Below, piece by piece: positions 1 to 8,702 of a stretch of DNA of 41,209 nucleotides; position 1 is the first letter of the stretch; the number at the start of each line of letters is the position of its first letter. The stretch comes from Chloroflexota bacterium. Lineage in GTDB: Bacteria; Chloroflexota; Limnocylindria; Limnocylindrales; CSP1-4. The DNA lies in contig JBBEBL010000220.1 of assembly GCA_040882345.1 (NCBI GenBank), forward strand, positions 21,773 to 62,981. The letters run 5' to 3'. The notes under the pieces were generated by a model that made no database searches, was not told where the DNA came from, and saw nothing but the letters and a program-made list of their open reading frames with translations. Both the position numbers and the translations under genes were made by a program.

Positions 1-1
1 T

Positions 2-1702
2 GAGCGGCGCGTTCGTGCGGCGTGCGCTCGCGACGGCCGTCTCCACCGCTTCGTCAAAGTAGCGTCGATTGAGCAAGCCGGTCAGCGGGTCGCGGACCGC
101 AGCGTCAGTGGCGGTCGCATGGCGATCCGCGTTGTGCAGGGCGATCCCGACCTGCGCCGCCAGCAGGGCCCCGACGTTCTGTTCCAGTTCCCCGAACGAC
201 GAGTGGCCGTCGGGACGAGTGGCGACGAGGACGGCGGCGACCTCGTCGCCCACGGGGATCGGCAGGGCCATCTCGGACGCGCCGGCATCGCGCACGATGG
301 GCGCCCCTGAGACGACAGCCTCCAGCGCCGCCACGTCCTCGGGCCCAAGGTCGCGTGCCTCTGGCGAGGCGTCGCTGCGGGTCCCGGAATCGCCCTCGAC
401 ACGGAACGACCCGTCCGGGGCGCGCATCGCGATGAGCACACGATCGGCCTCGAGCAGGTCCACCGCCGCGTCAACGACCGAGTCGACCATGCGCCGCCGA
501 TCAAGATCGGCGAGCAGGCCACGGCTGACGGCGAGGACGCGCTCGATCGCATGGAGCCGGGCACGCCGCTCCTCGTCCAGGCGAGCCGAGCGAAGCGATC
601 CCGCGATCGACCGGCCGAGCATCTCCGCCAGGGCGACGTGCGTCGTCCCGAGGGGACGATCCAGGGTGCCCTCGAAGTTGATGACACCGAGCAGTTCACC
701 GTCATGGACGATGGGGGCGGCCACCTCGCTGCCAACGTCGTCCCGAGCGGCGCGGTATTCGGGGTCGGCCAAGACGTCCGGCACGAACTGGGTCTCCAGG
801 CGGGCCGCGGCACGACCGATGATCCCGACGCCGACGTCGATCTGGTGGAAGGGCGTGTGGTAGCCCGCCACGCCGACCATGTCCAGTCGCCGATCGCCTT
901 GCGGCAGGTAGATGGACACCAGCGCGATCTCGAACTCGCCGGATACGTCGTCCACGACGTCCTGGATCACCTCCTGGACGGGCCGCAACCCATCGAAGCG
1001 ACGGACGATGCGCTCCAGTCGCTCCAGGTCGTCAACGCGACGCCGGCTGCGGGCGGCGAGGCTGGCAGCCCGGTCCTCCGCCGCGGTCGCGACGCGAACC
1101 ACGACGAAGAGGCCCGTGGCCGCGAGCAGCACCACCGCGACCCTGACGACGTACTCGTCGATGACGACGTCGGCGCCGGCCGGCATCAGGGACGCATGGG
1201 CACCGTACGTGCCCACCGTGGCCCCGATCAGGATGGCCGCGGCGATCGGGTAACCCGGGGTGATCGCGGCGAAGGACAGTGCCAGCACGACGAGCGGTCC
1301 GGCGGGCGGCATGGCCAGGGTGGTGAGGTCGTTCGGTCCGCTGCCGACGGCGGCGGCGAGCAGGACGGCAGGACCCAGTGCAAGTCGCGCGAGGCGGTGG
1401 GTCATCAGGCGCGGCCCGGCAGACGACCATCCGGCTGCGATGGCCAGGAGCGCGGCGGGTCCCGCCACGACCAACGTCATGTGGAAGGTCGCGTCCGTCG
1501 GATCGAGGATCATGGCGACCAGCGACAGGACCCCCATCGCCACGAGCGTCACCGCGGCCCATCGGAGCTCTGCCAGCCCACGGTCGGACAGCCACATGGA
1601 TCGTGCGACGTGGGCGCCGATCCGGTGCGGTGTGGCCGGCAGGCGAAGGGCGGTCGCCGGCGCGGCGCCGGCGGCGGTGGTGGGGTCGTGTGCCCTGATC
1701 AT
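2..1702 (-). CDS. Membrane-anchored sensor diguanylate cyclase (N-terminal TM region, two GAF domains, start of GGDEF domain); runs off the window's left edge
   Basis: Not in the ORF track because it has no stop in the window; translated by hand from ATG 1702. Hydrophobic helices, then GAF segments (GIIGRAAARLETQFVPDVLADPEY...SEVAAPIVHDGELLGVINFE), then the GGDEF entry motif AVRDPLTGLLNRRYFDE. A TACGGT -10-like hexamer lies 7 nt upstream of the ATG. Confidence 0.88.
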   Translation of the reverse strand, partial: MIRAHDPTTAAGAAPATALRLPATPHRIGAHVARSMWLSDRGLAELRWAAVTLVAMGVLSLVAMILDPTDATFHMTLVVAGPAALLAIAAGWSSAGPRLMTHRLARLALGPAVLLAAAVGSGPNDLTTLAMPPAGPLVVLALSFAAITPGYPIAAAILIGATVGTYGAHASLMPAGADVVIDEYVVRVAVVLLAATGLFVVVRVATAAEDRAASLAARSRRRVDDLERLERIVRRFDGLRPVQEVIQDVVDDVSGEFEIALVSIYLPQGDRRLDMVGVAGYHTPFHQIDVGVGIIGRAAARLETQFVPDVLADPEYRAARDDVGSEVAAPIVHDGELLGVINFEGTLDRPLGTTHVALAEMLGRSIAGSLRSARLDEERRARLHAIERVLAVSRGLLADLDRRRMVDSVVDAAVDLLEADRVLIAMRAPDGSFRVEGDSGTRSDASPEARDLGPEDVAALEAVVSGAPIVRDAGASEMALPIPVGDEVAAVLVATRPDGHSSFGELEQNVGALLAAQVGIALHNADRHATATDAAVRDPLTGLLNRRYFDEAVETAVASARRTNAPL

Positions 1703-1763
1703 GGCGGCAACCGTACGCGTACCGGCGACGCGTGGACCTGACCCAACAGGACTATCTCGTACC

Positions 1764-1790
1764 ACCCCGGACCGGGTGACGGTCCGGGGT
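1764..1790. repeat. Perfect 11-bp inverted repeat (hairpin or operator candidate)
   Basis: ACCCCGGACCG-GGTGA-CGGTCCGGGGT upstream of the diguanylate cyclase start. Confidence 0.5.
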
Positions 1791-1870
1791 CCTCGCCGCG
1801 TGGGTCGCTCGCCGCGGTCCGGGCCCTATCCCCACGCCCCACGGTTCTCCGGCGCGGCCCTCTCATCGCG

Positions 1871-2039
1871 CTTCACCCGTGCCGAACGAATGCACGGTGA
1901 AGGGCCTATTGACGGCGTTCGGCGCCGCGCTCCCTCGTCCGCGTTCAGCCAAGGTGAACGCCCTGCGGCGAGGAACGGTCACTGGGTCCAAGGGCCACCG
2001 GGATCCCTCCCACGTGGTGCGATCGTTCACCGTGAACGA
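1871..2039. repeat. Nested imperfect inverted-repeat element (REP/REPIN-like or structured RNA candidate)
   Basis: Stems CTTCACCCGTGC/GCACGGTGAAG (1871-1902), GCGTTCA/TGAACGC (1941-1961) and the palindrome TCGTTCAC-C-GTGAACGA (2023-2039) in a non-coding gap. Confidence 0.4.
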
Positions 2040-2145
2040 ACCCAGGACGGATGCCGGCGGTTTGGGCGCCGGGAATTCGGTGGCGGTGAAGCGGCGGCGG
2101 TCCGCGGAGGGCACGCCCAGCGCCGCCGCCCGCCGCTGCCGCGTG

Positions 2146-2232
2146 GACGCCCCGCCCGGCTTTGACGCCCCGCCCGGCTCCGGCCGTCTGCTAGACTCGG
2201 TTCGGATATCCAGCCTGCATAGTCCCTATGCA
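2146..2232 (+). promoter_or_regulatory. Putative promoter/operator of the aminotransferase-CoA-transferase operon
   Basis: 16-bp direct repeat GACGCCCCGCCCGGCT at 2146 and 2164, extended -10 TGcTAGACT at 2189-2197, and inverted repeat TGCATAG-TCC-CTATGCA at 2216-2232. Confidence 0.5.
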
Positions 2233-2296
2233 TCACGGCCGGGTGCCGCCCGTGTCCAGCCAGTTCCAGCCGGGAACCAGCCGCCAGAGGTGCCCC

Positions 2297-3664
2297 TTGT
2301 CGTCGGTCGTGTCGCGTCTCGCCGGTGATCGTCCCGTTCCGCATATCGTCACGGAATTGCCCGGGCCACGGGCCCGCGAGCACGTCGCGTTCGACGAGAC
2401 CTGGACGTCACCCAGCCTGCCGCGCGCCTATCCGATCGTGCCGGTCCGCGGCGAGGGTCTGACCGTCGAGGACATCGACGGCAACCTCTTCCTGGACTTC
2501 GCCGCGGGCATCGCGGTCAACTCCACCGGGCACTCGCACCCCCAGGTGGTTGCCGCCATCAAGGAACAGGCCGCGGAACTCATCCACTTCTCCGCCTCCG
2601 ACTTCTACCTGCCCATCTACCCGCAGGTCTGCCGGCGCCTCGCTGAGCTCGCCCCCATCAAGGGCGGCCGCGCCCGGACATACCTCGGCAACTCGGGGGC
2701 GGAAGTCGTCGAGGCCTCCATCAAGCTCGCCCGCTACGCGACCCACCGCCCGTACGTCGTCGCCTTCCTGGGCGCGTTCCATGGGCGGACCTACGGGGCC
2801 GTTTCGCTGACGGCGTCCAAGGCCAAGTACCACGCGGGCTTCGGGCCGCTGCTGCCCGGGATCTTCCACGCACCCTACGGTCGGGTCGAGGACCTTCGCT
2901 GGTTCGACGAGGTCCTGTTCGACAAGCTCGCTCCGGCCAACGAGGTCGCGGCGATCATCGTCGAGCCCATCCAGGGCGAGGGCGGGTACATCGTCCCGGA
3001 GGACGGCTTCCTGCAGGGCCTGCGCGATATCTGCGACCGCCACGGCATCCTCCTCATCGCCGACGAGATCCAGTCCGGCGCGGGCCGGACCGGGAAGATG
3101 TGGGCGATCGACCACTGGGGCGTCAAGCCGGACATCCTCCTCTCGGCCAAGGGCATCGCCAGCGGCATGCCACTCGGCGCGATGATCGCTCGGGCGGAAC
3201 TCCTGGAAGCGTGGGGTCCGGGTGCGCACGGCTCCACGTACGGCGGCAACCCCGTGGCCTGCGCCGCCGCGCTCGCGACGGTCGACCTCCTGGAGGGCGG
3301 CCTCATGGGCAACGCCGCCGCTCGGGGGGAGCAGGCCCAGACCGGGCTCCGACCGCTCATCGATCGCTTCGACGGGCTCGTTCGGGACGTCCGCGGCAAG
3401 GGCCTGATGCTCGGCGTCGAATTCGACAGCGCGGAGCATGCCGAGGAGGTCCAGTGGGCCTGCTTCGAGCGCGGCCTGCTCGTGCTGGAGTGCGGCAAGT
3501 CGTCCGTGCGCATGTCGCCCGCCCTGACCGTCTCTGAGGACGAGATGGCGACGGCGGTGCGCATCTTCAGCGAGGCCGTCGCCCACGTGGCCGGCCACGG
3601 TCCGGAGGTACTGGCCGAGGTCGTCGAGGCGGGTGCACTCCACGAAGTCGAGGCAGCGGGCTGA
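2297..3664 (+). CDS. Class III PLP-dependent aminotransferase (4-aminobutyrate aminotransferase-like)
   Basis: Motifs DIDGNLFLDFAAGIAV, NSGAEVVE, AFHGRT, EPIQGEGG, ADEIQSGAGRTG, SAKGIASG (PLP lysine), HGSTYGGNP. TTG start at 2297 chosen for the GAGGTG RBS; the ORF is open from 2228. Confidence 0.92.
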   Translation: MSSVVSRLAGDRPVPHIVTELPGPRAREHVAFDETWTSPSLPRAYPIVPVRGEGLTVEDIDGNLFLDFAAGIAVNSTGHSHPQVVAAIKEQAAELIHFSASDFYLPIYPQVCRRLAELAPIKGGRARTYLGNSGAEVVEASIKLARYATHRPYVVAFLGAFHGRTYGAVSLTASKAKYHAGFGPLLPGIFHAPYGRVEDLRWFDEVLFDKLAPANEVAAIIVEPIQGEGGYIVPEDGFLQGLRDICDRHGILLIADEIQSGAGRTGKMWAIDHWGVKPDILLSAKGIASGMPLGAMIARAELLEAWGPGAHGSTYGGNPVACAAALATVDLLEGGLMGNAAARGEQAQTGLRPLIDRFDGLVRDVRGKGLMLGVEFDSAEHAEEVQWACFERGLLVLECGKSSVRMSPALTVSEDEMATAVRIFSEAVAHVAGHGPEVLAEVVEAGALHEVEAAG

Positions 3665-3671
3665 CCGCCAG

Positions 3672-4607
3672 ATGGGCGCGTCCAGCGGGTCCAAGGTCGC
3701 GTCCATGCGCGACGCCATCGCGGACCTCGTGCGCGACGGTGACACCGTCGCCATCGAGGGCTTCACCCATCTCATCTCATTCGCGGCCGGTCACGAGATC
3801 ATCCGCCAGCGCAAGCGCGACCTGACCCTGGCGCGCCTCACGCCGGACGTCATCTATGACCAGATGATCGCCGGCGGCGTGGCCAGCAAGCTCGTGTTCA
3901 GCTGGCTCGGCAACCCGGGCGTCGGCGGTCTCGGCGCGATCCGCCGCCGTATAGAAGGTGACCTCCCGGACGAGCCACTGGAGGTCGAGGAGTACAGCCA
4001 CTTCGGGATGGTCGGGCGCTACACCGCGGGTGCCATGAACCTGCCGTTCTTCCCGCTCCGCTCGTACTTCGAGACGGACCTGCCGGTGGCGAACCCGTTG
4101 ATCCGGCCCATCCGCTCGCCATACGGCGACGAGACCATCTACGCCGTGCCGCCCCTGAGCCCGGACGTCACGATCGTCCACGCCCAGCGTGCCTCGGCCG
4201 GCGGCGACACCCAGGTCTGGGGTCTGCTGGGCTGCCAGAAAGAGGCCGCCTTCGCCGCTGACCGGGTCATCGTGGTCGTGGAGGAACTCGTGGACGAGGC
4301 GGTCATCCGGGCCGACCCGAACCGGACCATCATCCCAGGGCTCATCGTGGATGCCGTCGTCGTCGAGCCGTGGGGCGCGCACCCGTCGTACGTCCAGGGG
4401 GCCTACGACCGCGACAACCGCTTCTACCTCGACTGGGATCCCATCACCCGCGACGAGGACGCCGTGCAGGCATGGCTACGAGCGTGGGTCTACGACCTCG
4501 ACGGTCGCGCCGCGTACATGGACCGGCTGGGGGCGGAACGACAGGCGTCGCTGCGGCCCTCGTCGCCAGCGCCATCCGGTGCCGTGGACTACGGCGAGTA
4601 CCGCTGA
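3672..4607 (+). CDS. CoA-transferase subunit A (glutaconate/3-oxoadipate CoA-transferase GctA/CatI-like)
   Basis: VRDGDTVAIEGFTHLISFAAGHEIIRQ, LVFSWLGNPGVG, EEYSHFGM, PDVTIVHAQRA, PWGAHPSY. Confidence 0.9.
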   Translation: MGASSGSKVASMRDAIADLVRDGDTVAIEGFTHLISFAAGHEIIRQRKRDLTLARLTPDVIYDQMIAGGVASKLVFSWLGNPGVGGLGAIRRRIEGDLPDEPLEVEEYSHFGMVGRYTAGAMNLPFFPLRSYFETDLPVANPLIRPIRSPYGDETIYAVPPLSPDVTIVHAQRASAGGDTQVWGLLGCQKEAAFAADRVIVVVEELVDEAVIRADPNRTIIPGLIVDAVVVEPWGAHPSYVQGAYDRDNRFYLDWDPITRDEDAVQAWLRAWVYDLDGRAAYMDRLGAERQASLRPSSPAPSGAVDYGEYR

Positions 4608-5389
4608 TGGCGGGCATGGCCGACTTCACGAAGTCGGAGATGATGATCGTCGCCGCGGCCAGAGCCCTGGAGGGTCAGCGGGTCTGCTTCGTCGGCGTCG
4701 GCCTGCCGAACATCGCGGTCAACCTCGCGCAGCGCACGGTCAACCCGGATCTGGAGATGGTCTACGAGGCCGGCGTGTTCGGGGCGCGGCCGCAGCGCCT
4801 CCCACTGAGCATCGGCGACCCGACGATCGTCACCGGGTCCACGGCCGTGGTCAGCATGCTGGAACTGTTCGGGTACTACCTCCAGGGCGGTCTCATCGAC
4901 GTCGGCTTCCTGGGTGCCGCGCAGATCGACCGATTCGGCAACATCAACACGACGGTCATCGGCGACTACGCGCACCCGAAGACCCGGCTCCCGGGTAGCG
5001 GTGGGGCGTGCGAGATCGCGATCAACGCCCGGCAGGTCTTCGTGATCATGCGCCAGAGCGCCCGCTCGTTCGTCGAGCGTATCGACTTCCGGACGTCGCC
5101 CGGCAACCTGGGGGGCGCCGAGCAGGCCGAACGCATCCGGCGGGAGGGCGGCTGGCTGGGCCGCGGCCCGACGGTCGTCGTGACGGATCTCGGCATCTAT
5201 CACTTCGACGAGGCCGGAGAGATGCGCCTGGATTCCCTCCATCCGGGCGCCACCCTGGACGAGATCCGTGCCACGATCGGCTGGGATGTCGAGGTCGTCG
5301 ACGACCTGGCCAGCACGCCACCCCCGACCCAGGAGGAGCTGCGGATCGTGCGCGAGGAGTTGGACCCGGGCGGCGTCTACACCAAGTAG
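4607..5389 (+). CDS. CoA-transferase subunit B (GctB/CatJ-like)
   Basis: TGATG overlap with subunit A. Motifs FVGVGLP, VYEAG (catalytic Glu position), GFLGAAQIDRFGNIN, RLPGSGGA. Confidence 0.9.
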   Translation: MAGMADFTKSEMMIVAAARALEGQRVCFVGVGLPNIAVNLAQRTVNPDLEMVYEAGVFGARPQRLPLSIGDPTIVTGSTAVVSMLELFGYYLQGGLIDVGFLGAAQIDRFGNINTTVIGDYAHPKTRLPGSGGACEIAINARQVFVIMRQSARSFVERIDFRTSPGNLGGAEQAERIRREGGWLGRGPTVVVTDLGIYHFDEAGEMRLDSLHPGATLDEIRATIGWDVEVVDDLASTPPPTQEELRIVREELDPGGVYTK

Positions 5390-5410
5390 GCGCTGGGAGA
5401 CCAGCCGGAG

Positions 5411-5884
5411 TCAGGCGGGTCCGCGGACCACCACGACCGGACATGGAGCGTTGCGCACCACGTGGTCCGACACGCTGCCGAAGAGGGAACGGTTGACGCC
5501 GGTCCGGCCGTGCGTGCCCAGCACGATCAGGTCCGCGCGCTCGGCGTCGGCGGCGTCCACGATCGCCTCGCCCGGGACGCCCTCCCAGACCAGGAACGCC
5601 GTGGGGATCCCAAGGTCGCGAGCCCGGGCCACGAGCCGCTGCGCGGCGGACTCACGTTCGTCGCGGACCTGGTCCATGCGGGCATGGAACCGCCCCCCGG
5701 GCAGGCGGAGTGAGCCTGGATCGATGACGCTCACCGCGACCAGCCGGGCACGCAGACTGGCGGCGAGGCGCAGCGCCTCGTCCTCGGCCGGTGTCGAGGT
5801 CGCGGACAGGTCCGTCGCGAGGAGGACCGTGGCGATCGGGACGCTGGCGCGCGATGGGGAGCGAGCTTCGGACGGCGATGCCAT
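5411..5884 (-). CDS. Universal stress protein (UspA family)
   Basis: TVLLATDLSATS...AIVDAADAERADLIVLGTHGRTGVNRSLFGSVSDHVVRNAPCPVVVVR. Alternative starts at 5893/5896. Confidence 0.93.
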   Translation of the reverse strand: MASPSEARSPSRASVPIATVLLATDLSATSTPAEDEALRLAASLRARLVAVSVIDPGSLRLPGGRFHARMDQVRDERESAAQRLVARARDLGIPTAFLVWEGVPGEAIVDAADAERADLIVLGTHGRTGVNRSLFGSVSDHVVRNAPCPVVVVRGPA

Positions 5885-5920
5885 GCCCGGCATCATGGGC
5901 GCGGTCGCGCGAGGCACATA

Positions 5921-5956
5921 GTGACCAGCGGCCCGGTCACGGGGGCCATCGGTCAC
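5921..5956. promoter_or_regulatory. Pair of DevR/DosR-box-like sites in the divergent usp/kinase promoter region
   Basis: GTGAC-CAGC-GGCCC (5921-5934) and GGGCC-ATCG-GTCAC (5943-5956) resemble GGGAC-N4-GTCCC. They are inverted copies of each other, 22 bp apart. Confidence 0.6.
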
Positions 5957-6001
5957 CTTGGGACGCGTGCCGATGCGTGACCGCGGTACGCTGCGCGGTG
6001 C

Positions 6002-7186
6002 ATGGACGACGACGACAGGGACCGCGGGCCGGGCCTCGCGGCCGAGACCATCGAGGCGCTGGACGAGGCGACGCGGGCGATCTCGGAGGTGCTGGACCTC
6101 GAGTACGTCCTGCAGCTCATCGCCGACCGCGTGGCCACCCTCGTGGACGCCCGCTATGCCGCGCTCGGCATCGCCGATATCAATGGGCGGATGGAGCGCT
6201 TCATCACGACCGGGCTGACGCCGGAGGAGCGTGCGGCCATCGGCCCGCTGCCGGTGGGTCACGGGCTGCTGGGCCTGATCATCCGTGAAGGTCGGTCGTT
6301 GCGGACTGCGGATATCTCCGCCCACCCCGACTCGGTCGGCTTCCCGCCGCACCATCCGCCGATGCGCTCCCTGCTGGGGGTGCCGATCATCGTGGCAGGA
6401 CAGCCCATCGGCGACCTCTACCTCACGGACAAGCGCCACGCTGCGGAGTTCACCGAGGCTGATCAACGGGTCGTGGAGCTGTTCGCCCGCCACGCCGGCA
6501 TCGCCATCCAGAACGCCCGACTGCACGATCGGCTGGCCGCGCTGCGGGTCGTGGAGGAGCGCGAGCGGATCGGGCGCGACCTCCACGACGGCGTCATCCA
6601 GGGCCTCTATGCGGTCGGGCTGTCGCTGGAGGATGTCGACCTCCTGGTGGAGACGGCGCCGGACGAGGCCGCCGCCCGGATCGATGCGGCGATCGATGCC
6701 ATCCATCGCTCCATCGCCGACATCCGGGAGTTCGTGACCGGACTTCGCCCGGGGATGAGCGGCGCCGGCCTGGCCTCCGGGATCGCGGCGCTGGCCGACA
6801 GCCTGCGGCTGACGACCACGATCGATGTGGAGACCCACGTCACGGCGAGCCGGGAAGAGTTGTCGTTCCTGGACGATGCCGCTCGCCATGAGCTCCTCCA
6901 CCTGGTCCGCGAGGCCCTCAGCAACGTCAGCCGTCATGCCAGAGCGACGCGGGCGGAAGTGCGACTCGAGAGGGCAGGGGATGACCTGCGCCTGGAAGTC
7001 CGCGACAATGGCGTGGGATTCGATCCCGCATCCGTCGCATCGGGGGGCCATCATGGACTCGTCAACGTTCGCGAACGAGCTGCCGCAACGGGCGGGAGGC
7101 TCGAGATCGACAGCCGGCCGGGCGGCGGCACCCGGGTCATCGTCCATGTGCCCATCACCGACGCCATCGAGGGAACGCCATCGTGA
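6002..7186 (+). CDS. GAF-domain sensor histidine kinase, DevS/DosS/DosT-like (HisKA_3 + HATPase_c)
   Basis: GAF segment GHGLLGLII...SVGFPPHHPPMRSLLGVPI...GDLYLT matches the DevS heme GAF. H-box ERIGRDLHDGVIQGLY, N-box REALSNVSRHARA, DNGVGF, HHGLVNVRERA. Confidence 0.92.
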   Translation: MDDDDRDRGPGLAAETIEALDEATRAISEVLDLEYVLQLIADRVATLVDARYAALGIADINGRMERFITTGLTPEERAAIGPLPVGHGLLGLIIREGRSLRTADISAHPDSVGFPPHHPPMRSLLGVPIIVAGQPIGDLYLTDKRHAAEFTEADQRVVELFARHAGIAIQNARLHDRLAALRVVEERERIGRDLHDGVIQGLYAVGLSLEDVDLLVETAPDEAAARIDAAIDAIHRSIADIREFVTGLRPGMSGAGLASGIAALADSLRLTTTIDVETHVTASREELSFLDDAARHELLHLVREALSNVSRHARATRAEVRLERAGDDLRLEVRDNGVGFDPASVASGGHHGLVNVRERAAATGGRLEIDSRPGGGTRVIVHVPITDAIEGTPS

Positions 7187-7863
7187 CTGACACCACACCC
7201 ACCGCCGTCCTGCGCATCCTGGTCGTGGACGACCACGAGGTCGTTCGCCAGGGACTCGTGTCGCTGCTCGACCGGCGCGACGGATTCCAGGTGGTGGCGG
7301 AAGCGGGCACGGTCGCCGAGGCGATCGACGCCGCCCGGCGGTTCAGGCCGGACATCGTCGTCATGGACGTGCGCCTCCCGGACGGCAGCGGCGTGGAGGC
7401 CTGTCGGGAGATCCGGGCGGAGCTCCCGGAGACGCGCGTCGTGATGCTCACGTCATACCCGGACGAGGAGGCGGTCCTGTCCGCGATCGTCGCCGGCGCC
7501 TCCGGGTACCTCCTCAAGCAGATCCGCGCGAGGGACCTGATGGCCGCGCTGGAGACCGTGGGCCGAGGCGGCTCCCTGCTGGATCCAGCCGTCACGGAGA
7601 AGGTCCTGGAGCGGATCCGGCGGATCGCGACCGGCGGCCAGTCGGACGAGCTCGCCGCGCTCACCGCCCAGGAACAGCGGATCCTGCTGCTCGTGGCGGA
7701 GGGCAAGACGAACAAGGAGATCGCCGGCGAGATCTTCCTGTCCGACAAGACCGTCAAGAACTACGTCAGCTCCATCCTGTCCAAGCTCAACCTGGAACGG
7801 CGCGCCCAGGCGGCGGCCTTCGTCGCCAAGCACCGACTGGACGGCCCGCACTCCGGGTCCTAG
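7183..7863 (+). CDS. NarL/LuxR-family response regulator, DevR/DosR-like
   Basis: VVDDHEVVRQGL, MDVRLPDGSG, LTSY, GYLLK. HTH NKEIAGEIFLSDKTVKNYVSSILSKLNLERRAQAAAF closely parallels DosR. GTGA overlap with the kinase gene. Confidence 0.95.
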   Translation: MTDTTPTAVLRILVVDDHEVVRQGLVSLLDRRDGFQVVAEAGTVAEAIDAARRFRPDIVVMDVRLPDGSGVEACREIRAELPETRVVMLTSYPDEEAVLSAIVAGASGYLLKQIRARDLMAALETVGRGGSLLDPAVTEKVLERIRRIATGGQSDELAALTAQEQRILLLVAEGKTNKEIAGEIFLSDKTVKNYVSSILSKLNLERRAQAAAFVAKHRLDGPHSGS

Positions 7864-7927
7864 GCGGGCCGCGGGGCGAACGTCGCCGCGGGGCGAACCC
7901 AGGTCGCGGCCCGCGGCAGGCGACCGG

Positions 7928-8107
7928 TTCGGTTCCAGTGAATGTTGGTGGGCTCAAGGTCGTGTCTGGCGACTCGCGTCGATGGCTCCCTGACGCCTCT
8001 TCATCCACGGTGAATGCCGAGCTCGCTGGCGCGACCGATGGCCGATCCGATCGGCCGGCGAGCTGACCTTCACGCGCCTCGGCCTGTCAACGTTCAGCGA
8101 CACCGAA
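7928..8107 (+). repeat. Long imperfect hairpin element in a convergent intergenic gap
   Basis: 7939-7953 TGAATGTTGGTGGGC pairs with 8082-8096 GCCTGTCAACGTTCA (15 pairs including 4 G-U), plus outer TTCGGT/ACCGAA. Confidence 0.4.
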
Positions 8108-8235
8108 TCCCATCGCGGCGCCGGGCTGCGGGGCGCGAGCGCTTCACCACGGGCGAACACGGAGCCCGCCCCGGCGGTGGCAACGCGCCACACGACGGCG
8201 AGCACGTCCCACGCCACGGTCCGGCGGCCAGGCGG

Positions 8236-8545
8236 TTACCCCTTCGCGAGGACGAGCAGGAACTCCAGCGCGCCATCGTCCGCGATGGACACGATGAAGC
8301 CGCCGACGTTGGGTGCCGTGATCTCGAAGTCGGCGAGCGGGAACGTCAGTGAGCCCGCGACTCGGATCCGACCGTCTGCCAGCTGCACCTGGGCCGGGAT
8401 CTGCACGGACCGGGTGACGCCGTGAAGCGTCAGGTCGCCGTGAAGCGTCAGGTCCGTTGGCGAGCCCTCCATGGCCGCGGCCGGGATGTCCATCGGCGCG
8501 GTGACCTCGAAGGTCGCCGTCGGGAACCGGTCCGTCTCCAGGCCC
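8236..8545 (-). pseudogene. C-terminal half of a YceI-family (polyisoprenoid-binding) protein, 5'-truncated
   Basis: [11 protein letters not shown]...GDLTLHGVTRSVQIPAQVQLADGRIRVAGSLTFPLADFEITAP is YceI-like. In-frame sequence further upstream is non-homologous and runs into the mrp promoter region. Confidence 0.7.
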
Positions 8546-8702
8546 TCGGATGTGTACGGGACAGGGCGGCCCGACGAGCGTACGTTCGCAGACTTCGCTG
8601 AAGAACGCGGCGAGAGGCGATCAGCCCCCGCCATCTCCACCGGCTGGGTATGCTGGGGCGACCGATGCCCGCCCTTCAGCCCTCCTCCGGGCACCGCTCG
8701 TC

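Noticed and set aside
1863-2114. 83-aa minus-strand ORF in the first intergenic gap
   Set aside because: No RBS, atypical codons, and it coincides with the hairpin cluster.
5411-7198. 595-aa minus-strand ORF suggesting a long Usp fusion
   Set aside because: The upstream part is the antisense shadow of the kinase; the Usp begins near 5884.
8558-8572. GGGAC-N5-GGCCC upstream of mrpA
   Set aside because: The spacer is 5 rather than 4 nt, so it is not counted as evidence that mrp is in the regulon.
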